Below are positions 12,535 through 25,300 of a stretch of 64,000 nt of DNA, piece by piece; the first letter of the stretch is position 1, and each line of letters begins with the position of its first letter. The stretch is from Vitrella brassicaformis CCMP3155 (taxonomy: Eukaryota > Protista > Chromerida). The notes beneath the pieces are model-generated. The model searched no databases and had not been told where the DNA came from. It worked only from the letters and a program-made list of their open reading frames with translations. The translations under genes and the position numbers were made by a program. The stretch spans positions 72,198-136,197 of the forward strand of contig CDMY01000283.1 of NCBI GenBank assembly GCA_001179505.1. The letters run 5' to 3'.

Positions 12535-14580
12535 CTCATCCGTCTCATCTCTGGCAAAGCCACTACTACGCCTCTCGAGCCCAACACGGTTCGACAGCCG
12601 CCCCGCCCCTCCCCCACACACATCGGCAACCATATGCCCACACACACCGAGGTGCACAAGCACGGTGTGAGAACATGACCGGTCACTGTGAGAGTCATCC
12701 TTTTGTGTGTCTGTACTCGCAGATCGAATCGTTGTCTACGTTTTATATTCGTCAGCATATCTTCGCTTCTTCGCAGTCATGTCTCCGACAGGACCAGAAC
12801 AAGACCTCGATGGCAAAGACATACATGCAATACATCAGGAATACTTTGTCTTCACTTCTGTTCTCTCTGTGGCTGGGTGGTGTGCAGATCGCTGGCTATA
12901 TTTTATATCCAATTGGCCGATGACGACCCCTTCAAGCGCACTGCCTTGCTGGCCGTTTGCGCATCGAAAGTGAGCTGTCGAAGTATTCTATACCGATCAA
13001 GTCGTGTGTAAGTGTCTCGTGTCTGTGTGTGCAGATGGATCGCCGTCTCCCTCTGACATCTCCGAGGCGCCTGCCTAAATCATCCATTCAGTCTGCCCCC
13101 GGCGGCCCCACAGGTACGTACGTAAGTGAGGGAGACACAAAAGAGGTGATAATCAAGATTTGCTCATGTCTCTTCTCTTTCGTCTGTCTGTCTACGCTTT
13201 TTTGGCCGCTTCGGCGGCCCCCAAGAGACGCCTCTTCTATCTACTGGCCCGCTGCCCCACTGGCCAGCCCACGGCCTCCACTCGCAGCCCTGATGACGCT
13301 GCCAGTGGAGGCAGCTATAAGGTACGCTGCCTGACGCGATGTGGGTACTCACTTGTGTGTTCCCATCTTTGCTTCGACTCTCAGGAGTTGATTCGCCTCC
13401 CCAAGGACAAGCTCCGCGCCGAGCGGGAGGAGTGGGCCAAGAAGGAGGCGATGTTCGAAAAGGTAGGAGGGAGAGGGAAGGCGAGCCGATGGCTGCCAAT
13501 TACCTCTGCTGCCCTGTCTTTCAGGAGATACTAGGTGTCTGCCGGGAGAACTCTGAGTTTAACCTGGTAAGATCATCGACTTGAGCACATGCCAATCTGA
13601 ATGCCGTCTGGTGTGTGCGTAGGAGCTGACGGCCAAGAAGGACGACAACCGTCAACTGCTGGAGCAGCTCACCGATAATAACTTCAAGAAACCAGCACGA
13701 AAGGTACGCATCAAAGGAGTATGCACCTGCTTCAATCATGCATTTGTGTGCGTGGGTTTGTGTGTCAGACCACAGCGACACAGACGGTGTCACTGACACA
13801 TGGGCAGACCGACGTCCATTTATTCTACGTTTGTCTGTGTGTGGGTGTGTGTGTGCAGGTTGGTGCGTCCGTTGGTGGTGCTGCCAAGGTCCATTCGGTC
13901 GCTGCTGCTGCTGGCGAAATTGGGAAGACCTCGACGCCGTCGCCTGCCGGGAATGTGAGCGCTCACACACATCCACCCACTCACTGACGACATGGCCAAA
14001 TCCAAGTGCACCTGCCTCTGTGTGTGGTTTGTGTGCGTGCAGTCTGGTTCGGTCCTCACTGGTGGTGAGAAGGTTGGTGGTGCTGCTGCTCGTCACGGCG
14101 GGTTCCGCGGGAGTTTAGAGAGGACGTAAGCCATCTCAGTTGACTCGATCCGATTGACCAGTAATGATGTGTGTGACGCGGTTGTGTGTTGCAGAACTTC
14201 CCGGTGATTCGGCTATGTCACCACGAGGTATGCAATTGAAGATGAGTCGTGGCACATGAGATCTCACCTGCCGTCGTTTCTGTGACGCATCAGGGCCGCA
14301 ACCACAACCACCACCACCACCCCGGCCGCCGCAACTTCACTCGGATTCCTTTTTGGCGAGACAGGTAGGGTGCAGCCAGTCGAGCAGTTCCTATAATGCG
14401 TGATGTTCTGTGTTGTCTGTCTGCAGGGATGCGGTTCAGCTACTCCTACGAGCTGCCGGCACAGGAAGACCCCGTCTACTTCCAGCACCAGTGCCCCTTC
14501 CCCCGGCAGCCCCGCCGCCACCACATGCACCCTGGCTCTCGCTGCCAGTGAGCGTGCACTGCGACTCACTGACTAAACGT
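12535..14580 (+). pseudogene. D + family A copy with unique 3' exons
   Basis: A exons (ELIRLPKDKLRAEREEWAKKEAMFEK etc.) followed by exons not seen elsewhere in the window (VGASVGGAAKVH..., SGSVLTGGEKVG..., ATTTTTTPAAATSLGFLFGET). Confidence 0.55.
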
Positions 14581-14689
14581 CGTGGGTGTGCTGCTGGTGA
14601 GGGGATGCGGGTGGATGCGGGGCCTCACACGACATTTGTACAATACATAAAGGAATACTTTGTCTTCTGTTCTCTCTGTGGCTGGGTGG

Positions 14690-15787
14690 TATGCAGATCG
14701 CTGGCTGTATTCTATATTTGACCGAGCGATGACGACCCCTTCAGCCGCACTGCCTTGCCCCGCCGTTTGCACAGCAAAGGTCAGCTGTCGAAGTATTCTG
14801 TACTGATCAAGTCATGTGTAAGTGTCCCGTGTCTCTGTGTGCAGATGGATATCGCTGTCTCCCTCTTACATCTCTGATGCGCCTACCTACTTCATCCATT
14901 TGGTCTGCCCCCGGCGGCCCCACAGGTACGTAAGTGAGGGAGAAGGGAAGACGGCACAGGAAATTCATCGTGTCTCTTCTCGTCTGTGTGTTGGCGCATG
15001 TTTGGCCGCTTCGGCGGCCATCGAGAGAGGTACAGTCTGTATGGGCAGCTGGCCCATGGAGCAAGAGAAGACCCCACAACCATGGGTCAATGCTGAACCC
15101 GGACGAGGTTTGCAGGACCGACACATTACACGCCCTGCGGTTTCCCCCCATATCAATTATGCGCAGGAACAAACATCTTGTCGGGCCACGTGCACTCGCG
15201 CTGCCCGCACTACCTCGTTGACATGGTGGGCAGAGAAAACACGTTCACATCTTTATATGTCTTCATTCCTGACATGGCTGTCTGTGTGCAGGCACCCAGC
15301 GACAACCACAACCGGCCGGCCTCCAACAACCGCCCGGCCGCCAAGAAGCAGACGACAGTGCGCACTGAGGCGCACACACTCACATACGCAATTTGCACAT
15401 ACGAATCCGTTCATTGCTTTCTTGCTTCGTCTGTGTGCGTGTATGGATGTAGATGTGGGTGCCCAAGCAGACCAATGTTCCCAAACACACCAACGAGACA
15501 GACGCCAAGGTGCGCAGTGCACTCGACACACGTTCACACATGCATGCGCCGATGCACACTCGTGTCGTATCTCTATCCGTCTTCATTTTGTGCCCAGCGC
15601 CCCATCAACGCCGCCAACGACCGCGACAAGGTGGGCAGATTGGCACACATCCATCCTCCACAAACGCACCACACACTGCCTGCATGTCCCCCCTCGGTGA
15701 ATATCAATGTGTGCGCAGGACAAGGTCTGCTTCCACTGCCACTGCAAGGGCCACATCCGCGCCAACTGCCCGCTGCTGCGCCGCTAG
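14690..15787 (+). pseudogene. A remnant followed by a permuted family B cassette (WVPK exon before the knuckle exon)
   Basis: MWVPKQTNVPKHTNETDAK exon at 15453, then RPINAANDRDK, then DKVCFHCHCKGHIRANCPLLRR* at 15719-15787. Confidence 0.6.
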
Positions 15788-15980
15788 GCCGCCACACACA
15801 CCCCCCACACTCAGCGTGACTCACTCTGTTCCGTGGTCTCGTGTTGCCGGGCATCAAGGTACGTAAGACCTTGGAGGCGATCCCAGTCTGACAGCAGCCA
15901 GCCAGCCAGCCAGCCAGCCAGCCTCGCTCTCCCTCTCTCTCTCCTCGGCGCGTCCCTCTCTGCCATCCATCCATCCGTCC

Positions 15981-17130
15981 ATGGGAGGTCGTGCTCGCCG
16001 TTATCGTCCTGACTGGCCCGAGTGTGATGGCCTGACGGTATGTCGTCATGAAGGTCGTCAAGGTATCAGTGGCGTGGCAGGTTGTCAAGGTATGTGAAGC
16101 GAGGGGAGGGAGGGTGATGAGGCAAGATCAGGGAAGGAGGAGGCATGTCGGCAGCCGTTCGTGTGGTCTTGATCTTTCGCAGTGGATAGCCAAGGAGCCG
16201 CCCACGCCCACGGGCAGCACCACCGACACAAAGGTGCGCAGGGTGCCGCACACTTGCAGTCACACGCACACACAGATGCCTGCATGCCTGTCCCTGTCTG
16301 TGTGTGTGTGTGTGTGTGTATGTGTGCGCTCTGATCACAGGGTTCCAAGTTCAAGGACGCCGTGAGCACACGACACACCCACACTTGACGAATGGACATC
16401 TGATGATGAATTGCTGCTGTGTGTGTCTAACAGGCGTTTCCTGCACTGCCTGGCAGCAAGGACGACACGAACTACACCGCGCCGCGAGACAAGGTATGCA
16501 GAAGTGGCACACTCGAAACCAGCAGACGTGTACACACATGTAACTGTCCACAGGGACTGTGGAACCGCATGTCCAAGAAGGTGCTGGAGCCTTTCTTCGA
16601 AGAAGCTGTTCGAGGCTCCTACAAAGACTACCAGGACCACCAGCAAGGTACGCACACCACTCGCCAGCACAGACGCCTGCANNNNNNNNNNNNNNNNNNN
16701 NNNNNNNNNNNNNNNNNNNNNNNNNNNNNNNNNNNNNNNNNNNNNNNNNNNNNNNNNNNNNNNNNNNNNNNNNNNNNNNNNNNNNNNNNNNNNNNNNNNN
16801 NNNNNNNNNNNNNNNNNNNNNNNNNNNNNNNNNNNNNNNNNNNNNNNNNNNNNNNNNNNNNNNNNNNNNNNNNNNNNNNNNNNNNNNNNNNNNNNNNNNN
16901 NNNNNNNNNNNNNNNNNNNNNNNNNNNNNNNNNNNNNNNNNNNNNNNNNNNNNNNNNNNNNNNNNNNNNNNNNNNNNNNNNCAAGGCACCAAAGAAGGTA
17001 GGCAGATGGGCACACACATCCACTCATTCACTCGTGTGCTTTCACGCTGAGTGTCGGTGTGTGTAGGTGTGGGTGCCGAAGGTGCCCAAGCCCGATGCCG
17101 CCATGGCCACACAGTAGGTGCACAAGACCG
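15981..17130 (+). pseudogene. Family B copy spanning an N gap
   Basis: ATG at 15981 after the conserved upstream SSR block; exons 2-5; gap; KAPKK and VWVPKVPKPDAAMATQ. 16420-16681 and 16982-17340 recur at ~20880-21145 and ~21640-22015. Confidence 0.55.
16682..16981. other. Assembly gap (300 N)
   Basis: Run of 300 n. Confidence 0.99.
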
Positions 17131-17169
17131 ACGAACTCGTCTGTTTGCCCACCGGCCTGTTTGTCTGCA

Positions 17170-17970
17170 GGCCTGAAATCGCTGCTTACATTTTACATTT
17201 GACCGACTGATGACGACCCCTTCAGCCGCACTGCCTTGCTGGCCGTTTGCACATCGAAGGTGAGCTGTCAAAATATTCTTCACTGATCAAGTCATGTGTA
17301 AGTGTCCCGTGTCTGCGTGTGCAGATGGATCGCCGTCTCCCTCTGACATCTCCCATGCGCCTACCTACTAAATCATCCATTCAGTCTGCCCCGGCGGCCC
17401 CACAGGTACGGAAGTGAGGGAGACACAAAAGAGGTGATAATCAAGATTTGCTCATGTCTTTCTCTTTTCTCTGTTTGTCTCCGCATCTTTGGCCGCTTTG
17501 GCGGCCCCCGAGAGACGCCTCCTCGATCTACTGGCCCGCTACCCACTGACCAGCCCACGGCCTCCACTCGCAGCCCTGATGACGCTGCCAGATGGAGGCA
17601 GCGATAAGGTACGCTGCCTGACGCGATGTGGGTACCCATCTGTGTGGTCCCATCTGTTCTGCGATCCTCAGGAGATTGCTCGTCTGCTACGGGAGAAGCT
17701 GCGCACCGAGCGGGAGGTGTGGGCCAAGAAGGAGGCCATGTTCGAGCAGGTAGGAGGGAGAGGGAAGGCGGGCCAATGGCTGCCAACAACCTCCGCTGCC
17801 CTGTCTTTCAGGAGCTGTTGCGTGTGTGCCGGGAGAACTCGGAGATCAACAAGGTAAGATCATCGACCTGAACACATGCCAATCTGGATGCCGTCTGGTG
17901 TGTGTGCGCAGGAGCTGAGGGCCGCCAAGCAAGACAACAACCAGCTACTCACGAAGCCAGCAGTCAAGGT
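17170..17970 (+). pseudogene. Family A copy
   Basis: LKSLLTFYI*PTDDDPFSRTALLAVCTSK (in-frame TGA), EIARLLREKLRTEREVWAKKEAMFEQ, ELLRVCRENSEINK, ELRAAKQDNNQLLTKPAVK. Confidence 0.6.
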
Positions 17971-18124
17971 AAGCGTGAGAGGAGTGACGGCTTCAATCAT
18001 GCATTTGTGTGTGGGGGTTTGGGTGTCAGACGACAGCGACCCTACCAGAGGGGAGCTGCGTGGCACTTCTCCCTCTACGCCTCCGCCCGTGCCGTCCATC
18101 TATCCATCCACCCTGCCATCCATC

Positions 18125-19340
18125 ATGGGAGGGAAGGCGGGCGGCAAGAAGAAACAGATGCGCGACAAGGCCGCCAAGAAGGTAAGCGAGGGAGGAAGAT
18201 ATGGGCGGGAGGCAGGGAGGGAGGCTGATTCACATTGGAGCGGACGCCTGTGTGTGGCTCCTGTTGGCATGCCTTTTTTCAGGCCGTAAGCTCCGACGCA
18301 CCGTCAACGTCCAGCACCGCAAGTACCGCTAGCGCCATCGAGGTGCGCGAATCATGGGCTCCCCTGACGGCTTGTTGGGTACTCATTCGAATGTTCCCAT
18401 GTGTGCTGCGACTCTCAGGAGTTGATCCGTCTGCTCAAGGACAAGCTGCGCACCGAGCGGGAGGAGTGGGCCAAGAAGGAGTAGACACTCGAGCAGGTAG
18501 GAGGGAGAGAGAAGGCGGGCTGATGGCTGCCAACACCCTCTGCTGCCCTGTCCTTCAGGAGATCCTGAAGCTGTGCCGCGTTAATTCAGAGTTGAAGCAG
18601 GTAAGATCATCGACATGAACACATGCCAATGTGAACGCCGTGTGGTGTGTGTGCAGGAGCTAAAGGCCATGAAGGACGACAATCAAAACCTGCTGGACAA
18701 AGTTCAAGTGTTGGTACGCGCCACCCACTCATTCACACATGAGCAGATCGACGTCCATTCATTCTACGTTTGTCTGTGGGTGTTGCTGTCATGCAGGTGC
18801 GTCCCGGCTACAACGCCAGCATCAACGGACCCAACAGCGAGGTAGGCGAACAGAATGAGAGGCGGCGGTACATCTACAAAGCACAATCTGATCTGCTTGG
18901 TCCGTGTGAACAGGCGTTCCCCGTGTTCAATCCGGCAGTCAAGTGCGAGCGCCTGCGCCATCAAGTATGTGTGGTGGTAGCAAAGATGTAAGTCTAAAGT
19001 GTGCAGGACATCTCCTTTGTCATTCCTTGTGTTGTGCAGGATCACCACTGTCGCCAGCCGCCCTACAAGTTCAATAAGTGCCCGTGACAGTCGGCGGCAG
19101 CCATCGGTCAGCGAGACAGATAAAGAGAGAACCATTAGAACATTTCTGGTTTCTGTTTGCCTGTGCAGGCTGCCGCCTGACATACAGGGAGGAGCTCGAG
19201 GACTTCTGGAGGGGTCGGTGCTTCAACTGCGAGCGGCTGGGCCATCATGGCAGTGTGTGCTGGCACCTCCCGGTCCCTCCCCATCTCCGCCACCCCCGGC
19301 CCCCTGCCCGCTTTGGGGGCTGGGGGAGCCCCTGTAAGTC
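18125..19340 (+). pseudogene. Family A gene with its own N-terminus, coiled coil and C-terminal CCHC knuckle
   Basis: MGGKAGGKKKQMRDKAAKK, AVSSDAPSTSS..., ELIRLLKDKLRTEREEWAKKE*TLEQ (in-frame TAG), EILKLCRVNSELKQ, ELKAMKDDNQNLLDK ... EDFWRGRCFNCERLGHHGSVC. Confidence 0.6.
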
Positions 19341-19636
19341 GCTTTGGGGCTTTGGTGGATGGCAAAAACATACACATACATACTTACAGGAGTACTTCTC
19401 TCTGTGGCTGGGTGGTGTGCAGATCGCTGGCTACATTTTATATTTTGATTGGCCGATGACGACGACTTGGACCGGACTGCCTTGCTGGCCGTTTGCACAT
19501 CGAAGGTGAGCTGTCAAAAAATACTATACTATATAGCTGCATCCCTGCCTGCCTTATCCCTGCCCACAGCCAGCCACCGAGCGAGCCCTGCCCTCTCTCT
19601 CTCTCGTGCGTCCGTCCATCCATCCCTCCGTCCGCG

Positions 19637-21780
19637 ATGGGTGGTCGTGCTCGTGGTCGTGGTCGCCAGCAGCCGCCACCTCCCCAGTATCAGTGGCGGC
19701 AGGTCATGAAGGTATGTGAAGCGAGGGAGGGTGATGAGAAAAGATGATGGAAGGAGGAGGCATGTCGGGAGCCGTTCCTGCTGTCTTGATCTTTCGCAGG
19801 CCGTCCAGGAGCCGCTGTCCCCTACCGGCTGCACCAGCACCAGCACTAGCACTGAAGTGGAGGTGCGCAGAGTGCCGCACACTTGCATTCATGCGCACAC
19901 GCCTGCATTCCTGTATGTGTGCGTGGGTGTGTGTGTCTGTGTGCTCTGATCACGCGGTTTCCAGTTCACGAAGGACAAGAAGGTGAGCACGACACACACA
20001 CGCTTCACACGAATGGATGTCTGATGACTTTGTGGCTGTGTGTGTCTGACAGAAATTCCCGCTCCTGCCCGGCACCAACTACACGAAGGACATCAACACG
20101 ATGCCGAAGGACAAGGTATGCAGAGGTGACACACTCGAAACCAACAGACGTGTACACACAAGCGATTGTGCACAGGGGAGATGAAACAAGCCGTAGAAGG
20201 CCGTCATGGAACCGCCCAAGCCGAAGTCGAGCACCAGGACCACCGACAAGGTACGCCAAGCGACACTCGCGTACACAGATGCCTCCATGGCTGTCCATGG
20301 CCATGTGTGTGTATGTGTGTATGTGTGTGTGTCTGATGATTCCAGAGCGTCGAGGCCAAGGTAAAGCACACGCACACGGAAGTCTGACGATTCGCTGCTG
20401 TGATGCATCGACGTGTGCACGTCTGTGCGTGTGTGTGCAGGCGTGTCCCAACAACCGCCACCCCGCGGCGGTCAGCTTCACCTTCTTCAAGGGGCGCAGC
20501 AAGGTGCGCAGGCAGCACACACACACACACGCATCCATCCAGCCACCACATTGTCTGCATATCTCTGTGTGCGCATATCAATGTGTTTTCAGTTCCAGAA
20601 ATGTTTTTGGTGTGGTGAGTGTGGGCACGGCTACCTCGACTGGCTGGACTTCCACGCCAAACTCGCCGCTGCCAAGCCGAACAAAGTACGCAAAAACCAG
20701 ACACCCACACAAGATACGCGCACGCACCGACGCACACCCTTACATGCCCGACATGGATGTCTGTGTGTGCAGAATCCGTTCTGGATAATCAAGGCTCCTT
20801 CTGTGACGGCTCCCGTGCTGACCCTCAAGCCCGAGCCCGCCAGGCCCGAGCCTGCCAAGCCCGAGCCCGCCGAGCCCGGCTGTGTGTGTCTGACAGACGT
20901 TTCCCACGCTGCCGGGCATCAAGGACGACACGAACTACACCGCGCCGCGAGACAAGGTATGCAGAAGTGGCACACTCGAAACCAGCAGACGTGTACACAC
21001 ATGTAACTGTCCACAGGGACTGTGGAACCGCATGTCCAAGAAGGTGCTGGAGCCTTTCTTCGAAGAAGCTGTTCGAGGCTCCTACAAAGACTACCAGGAC
21101 CACCAGCAAGGTACGCACACCACTCGCCAGCACAGACGCCTGCATGGATGTCCACCAATGTGTGTATGTGTGTGTGTGTGTGTGTGTGTATGTGTGTGTC
21201 TGATTATTCAAGAGCGCTGAGGCGACGTCGTCTGGGGAGATAGCCGAGGCTGCCGCCAAGCCACAGAAAGTGCGCAAAGATCGGACATCCACACAAACAG
21301 ACACATCGACGCACACACCCTTACATGCCNNNNNNNNNNNNNNNNNNNNNNNNNNNNNNNNNNNNNNNNNNNNNNNNNNNNNNNNNNNNNNNNNNNNNNN
21401 NNNNNNNNNNNNNNNNNNNNNNNNNNNNNNNNNNNNNNNNNNNNNNNNNNNNNNNNNNNNNNNNNNNNNNNNNNNNNNNNNNNNNNNNNNNNNNNNNNNN
21501 NNNNNNNNNNNNNNNNNNNNNNNNNNNNNNNNNNNNNNNNNNNNNNNNNNNNNNNNNNNNNNNNNNNNNNNNNNNNNNNNNNNNNNNNNNNNNNNNNNNN
21601 NNNNNNNNNNNNNNNNNNNNNNNNNNNNNCGTCAACCTCAAGCTCAAGGCACCAAAGAAGGTAGGCAGATGGGCACACACATCCACTCATTCACTCGTGT
21701 GCTTTCACGCTGAGTGTCGGTGTGTGTAGGTGTGGGTGTCGAAGGTGCCCAAGCCCGATGCCGCCATGGCCACACAGTAG
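19637..21780 (+). pseudogene. Family B copy fused to a second partial B copy
   Basis: MGGRARGRGRQQPPPPQYQWRQVMK exon 1; knuckle KCFWCGECGHGYLDW (last Cys to Trp); NPFWIIKAP exon joined at ~20880 to an upstream intron of another copy. Confidence 0.6.
21330..21629. other. Assembly gap (300 N)
   Basis: Run of 300 n. Confidence 0.99.
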
Positions 21781-22020
21781 GTGCACAAGACCGACGAACT
21801 CGTCTGTTTGCCCACCGGCCTGTTTGTCTGCAGGCCTGAAATCGCTGCTTACACTTTATATTTGACCGACTGATGACGACCCCTTCAGCCGCACTGCCTT
21901 GCTGGCCGTTTGCACATCGAAGGTGAGCTGTCAAAATATTCTTCACTGATCAAGTCATGTGTAAGTGTCCCGTGTCTGCGTGTGCAGATGGATCGCCGTC
22001 TCCCTCCGACATCGCCCATG

Positions 22021-22223
22021 CGGCCGCCAGCTCCTGCGCCCACACCACACGGCATTCAGATTGGCATGTGTTCAGGTCGATGATCTTACCTTGTTGATCT
22101 CCGAGTTCTCCCGGCACACACGCAACAGCTCCTGAAAGACAGGGCAGCGGAGGTTGTTGGCAGCCATTGGCCCGCCTTCCCTCTCCCTCCTACCTGCTCG
22201 AACATGGCCTCCTTCTTGGCCCA
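22021..22223 (-). repeat. Inverted ~200-bp copy of family A exons/introns (paralog of 17720-17926)
   Basis: Reverse complement reads tgggccaagaaggaggccatgttcgagcag...gagctg, matching 17720-17926. The ORF track gives the same WAKKEAMFEQVGGRGKAGQ... on - at 22086..22271 and on + at 17626..17871. Confidence 0.9.
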
Positions 22224-24790
22224 TGGCTCGTGCTCCTCAGCGTCGTCAGCGTGGTCGTCCCCAGGCCACACCTCAGCGTCAAGAGTGGCGCAAAGTTGTC
22301 AAGGTACGTGAAGCGAGGGAGGGTGATGAGGGAGAGAATAGGGAAGGAGGAGACATGTCGAGAGAGCCGTTCCTGCGGTCTTGATCTTTCGCAGGCTATC
22401 AAGGAGGAGGAGCCGCTCACACCCACGGCCACCACGACCACAAGCACCGACACCGACACGGTGCGCAGAATGCCACACACTTGCAGTCACACGCACACAG
22501 ATGCCTGTTCATGCCTGTCCACGTCTGTGTGTCTCTGTGTGTGTGTGTGTGTGTGTGCTCTGGTCACAGGGTTCCGACTTCGTCAAGGATGAGGTGAGTA
22601 CGACACACACACACAGTTGACGAACGGAGATCTGATGAGTTGTGGCTGTGTGTGTCTGACAGAACTATCCCATGTTGCCGGGCTCCCAGGACAACCCAGT
22701 GTTGAGCGCCGACATTGTATGCAGGAATGGCACACTCGAAACAAAAAGACGTGTACACACATGCGACTGTCCACAGGGCAAGTGGGAGCACCCCTTCAAG
22801 GCCGTATTGGGGAGCGCCTTTGGCACGCCCTGTGTGCCGCCCTTTTAGCAGCCAGCAGCCTGCCTCCCTGCCTTTCCGCCACTGCCTGCCTCCCTGCCTG
22901 CCTCCCTGCCTGCCTCCCTGCCTGCCTCCCGTGCCTCCCTGCCTGCTTGCCTGCTCGCCACCTGCCGCTGCGTCGAGGCGCAGCAGCCAGCCAGCAGCCA
23001 GCCAGCCAGCCAGGCAGCCAGCCTCGCTCTCTCTCTCTCCTCGGGCGCCCCTCTCTCGCCCTCTGCCATCCGTCCATCCATCCACCCATCCATCCATCCA
23101 GCCAGCCAGCCATGGGACGTCATGGTCAACGTCATGGGCACTTTCCTCGTGGAAGTGGTCGTCAGCGATGCGAGAAGCACGTATGCGAAGCGAGGGAGGG
23201 TGATGAGGGAAGATCAGGGAAGAAGGAGGCATGTCAAGAGCTGTCCCTGCGGTCTTGATCTGTCGCAGTGGGTCAAGAAGGACCCGCCGTCTCCGACGGC
23301 TAGCACCACTACCACCACCACCACCGACACCAAGGTGCGCAGAGTGCCACACACTTGCATTCACGCGCACACAGATGCCTGCATGCCTGTGCCTGTCTGT
23401 GTGTGTGTGTGTCTGTGTGTGTGTGTGTGCTCTGATTACGGGGTTTCCAGTTCGACAAGGACAAGGAGGTGAGCACGACACACACACACTTGGCGAAGGG
23501 ACATCTGATGAATTGTGGCTGTGTGTGTCTGACAGGCCTATCCCATGCTGCCGGGCACCAAAGTTGACGAGTTCATGACGCCGCCACGAGACAAGGTATG
23601 CAGAAGTGACACACCCGAAACCAACAGACGTGTGCACACATGCAACTGTGCACAGGGCAAGTGGAACAAGCCGTCGAAGGCCGTGTTCGAGGCTCCCACC
23701 AAGACCGCCACCACCAAGACCACTGCCAAGACAAGCACCAAGGTACGCACAGTGACACTGACGGACACAGATGCCTCCATGGCTGTCTATGGCCATGTGT
23801 GTGTGTGTGTGTGTATGTGTGTATGTGTGTGTATATCTGATGATTCCACGACACCCAGGAGAACAAGGTAAAGCACACACACACACGGAAGTCCGGCGAT
23901 TCGCTGCTGTGATACATCGAAGTGTGTCTATGCGTGTGTGTGCAGGAGTGCGGCCGCCACCACGAGTTGACCAAGTTGAACCTGGACAACAACTGCCGCC
24001 ACAAGGTGCGCGGGCAGCACACACACACACACACACACGCATCCACCCAGCCACCACATTGCCTACATATCTCTGTGTGCGCATATCAATGTGTGCAGAC
24101 GATCAAGTGCTTCTGCTGCGGCCAACCAGGCCATCGATGGCAGCAGTGCCCCAAGCTCACCGATGCCGCCGAGGCCGCCAAGAATGTGCGCGAAGATCGG
24201 ACATCCACACACGCACCGACGCACACACCCTTACATGCCCGGCATGGCTTTCTGTGTCTGCAGGACCCGCGGTTCTACATAGTCCCTGCCCCGGGTGCGA
24301 AGACCGCCCAGACCGCCCAGACGATGAAGCCCAACCACACGACGAAGCCCAAGCCGACCACACAGAAGGTGCGGACATGGACACACATCACACAGTCACT
24401 CATTCATTTGCTTTCACATACTGTGTGTTGGTGTGTGTGTTCGAGGCTCCCACGAAGACCAAGACCACTGCCAAGACGAACAAGGTACGCCATGCTCCCC
24501 CACTTCGCGCGGGACTGCCCGGCTCCTCCCCAGACCAAGGTGCGCAAAGATCGGACATCCACACACACACACCGACGCACACACCCTTACATGCCCGACA
24601 TGGCTATTTGTGTGTTTGTGGCAGAACCCGTTTTGGATCATCACTGCGGAGGGAGTCGTCAACCTCAAGCTCAAGGCACCGAAGAAGGTAGACAGATGGG
24701 CACACACGTCCACTCATTCACTCCTTTTACGCTGTGTGTCGGTGTATGTGCGTAGAAGTGGATGCCCAAGAACGCCTAGGCCCGACGCCG
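22223..24790 (+). pseudogene. Two family B copies: truncated (22223-22830) and nearly complete (23112-24790)
   Basis: The second copy splices in frame: MGRHGQRHGHFPRGSGRQRCEKH, WVKKDPPSPT, FDKDKE, AYPMLPG, GKWNKPSK, ENK, ECGRHHE, TIKCFCCGQPGHRWQQCPK, DPRFYIVPAP, then re-enters an exon-5-like block, NPFWIITAEG, WMPKNA*. It could be functional. Confidence 0.6.
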
Positions 24791-24859
24791 CCAAGGCCAC
24801 GCAGTAGGTGCGCAGAGCAGACCGCCGAACTCGTCTGTATGCCCACCGGCCTGTTTGTC

Positions 24860-25300
24860 TACAGGCGGCCCATCGCTGCTTACATTTTATATTCGATGGG
24901 CATATTTTCCCCTCCGCCGCTTCGCATCATGTGTGAGCCGCCAAAGGACGCCGATCCATCGGTAGACACGTGTCTCTTGTGTTGACCTGTGCCGTCTCAG
25001 GAGAAGTGGCTCAACCACGAAAAGACTTGTCTTCTCTTCTCTCCTTTCTGTGGCTGGGTGGTATGCAGATCGCTGGCTACATTTTATATTTGACCGACGG
25101 ATGACGACCCCTTTAGCCGCACTGCCTTGCCCCGCCGTTTGCACAGCAAAGGTCAGCTGTCGAAGTATTCTGTACTGATCAAGTCATGTGTAAGTGTCCC
25201 GTGTCTGTGTGTGCAGATGGATGTCGCTGTCTCCCTCTTACATCTCCGATGCGCCTACCTACTTCATCCATTTGGTCTGCCCCCGGCGGCCCCACAGGTA
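24860..25300 (+). pseudogene. Family A exon remnants
   Basis: Same exon series as 650-1090 (IAAYILYSMG..., EKWLNHEK, DDDPF, MDVAVSLL). Confidence 0.55.

Noticed and set aside
5173-21729. ORF-track entries containing long X runs, and many HT/VC-rich ORFs
   Set aside because: Artefacts of translating through N gaps and (CA)n/(TG)n intronic microsatellites.
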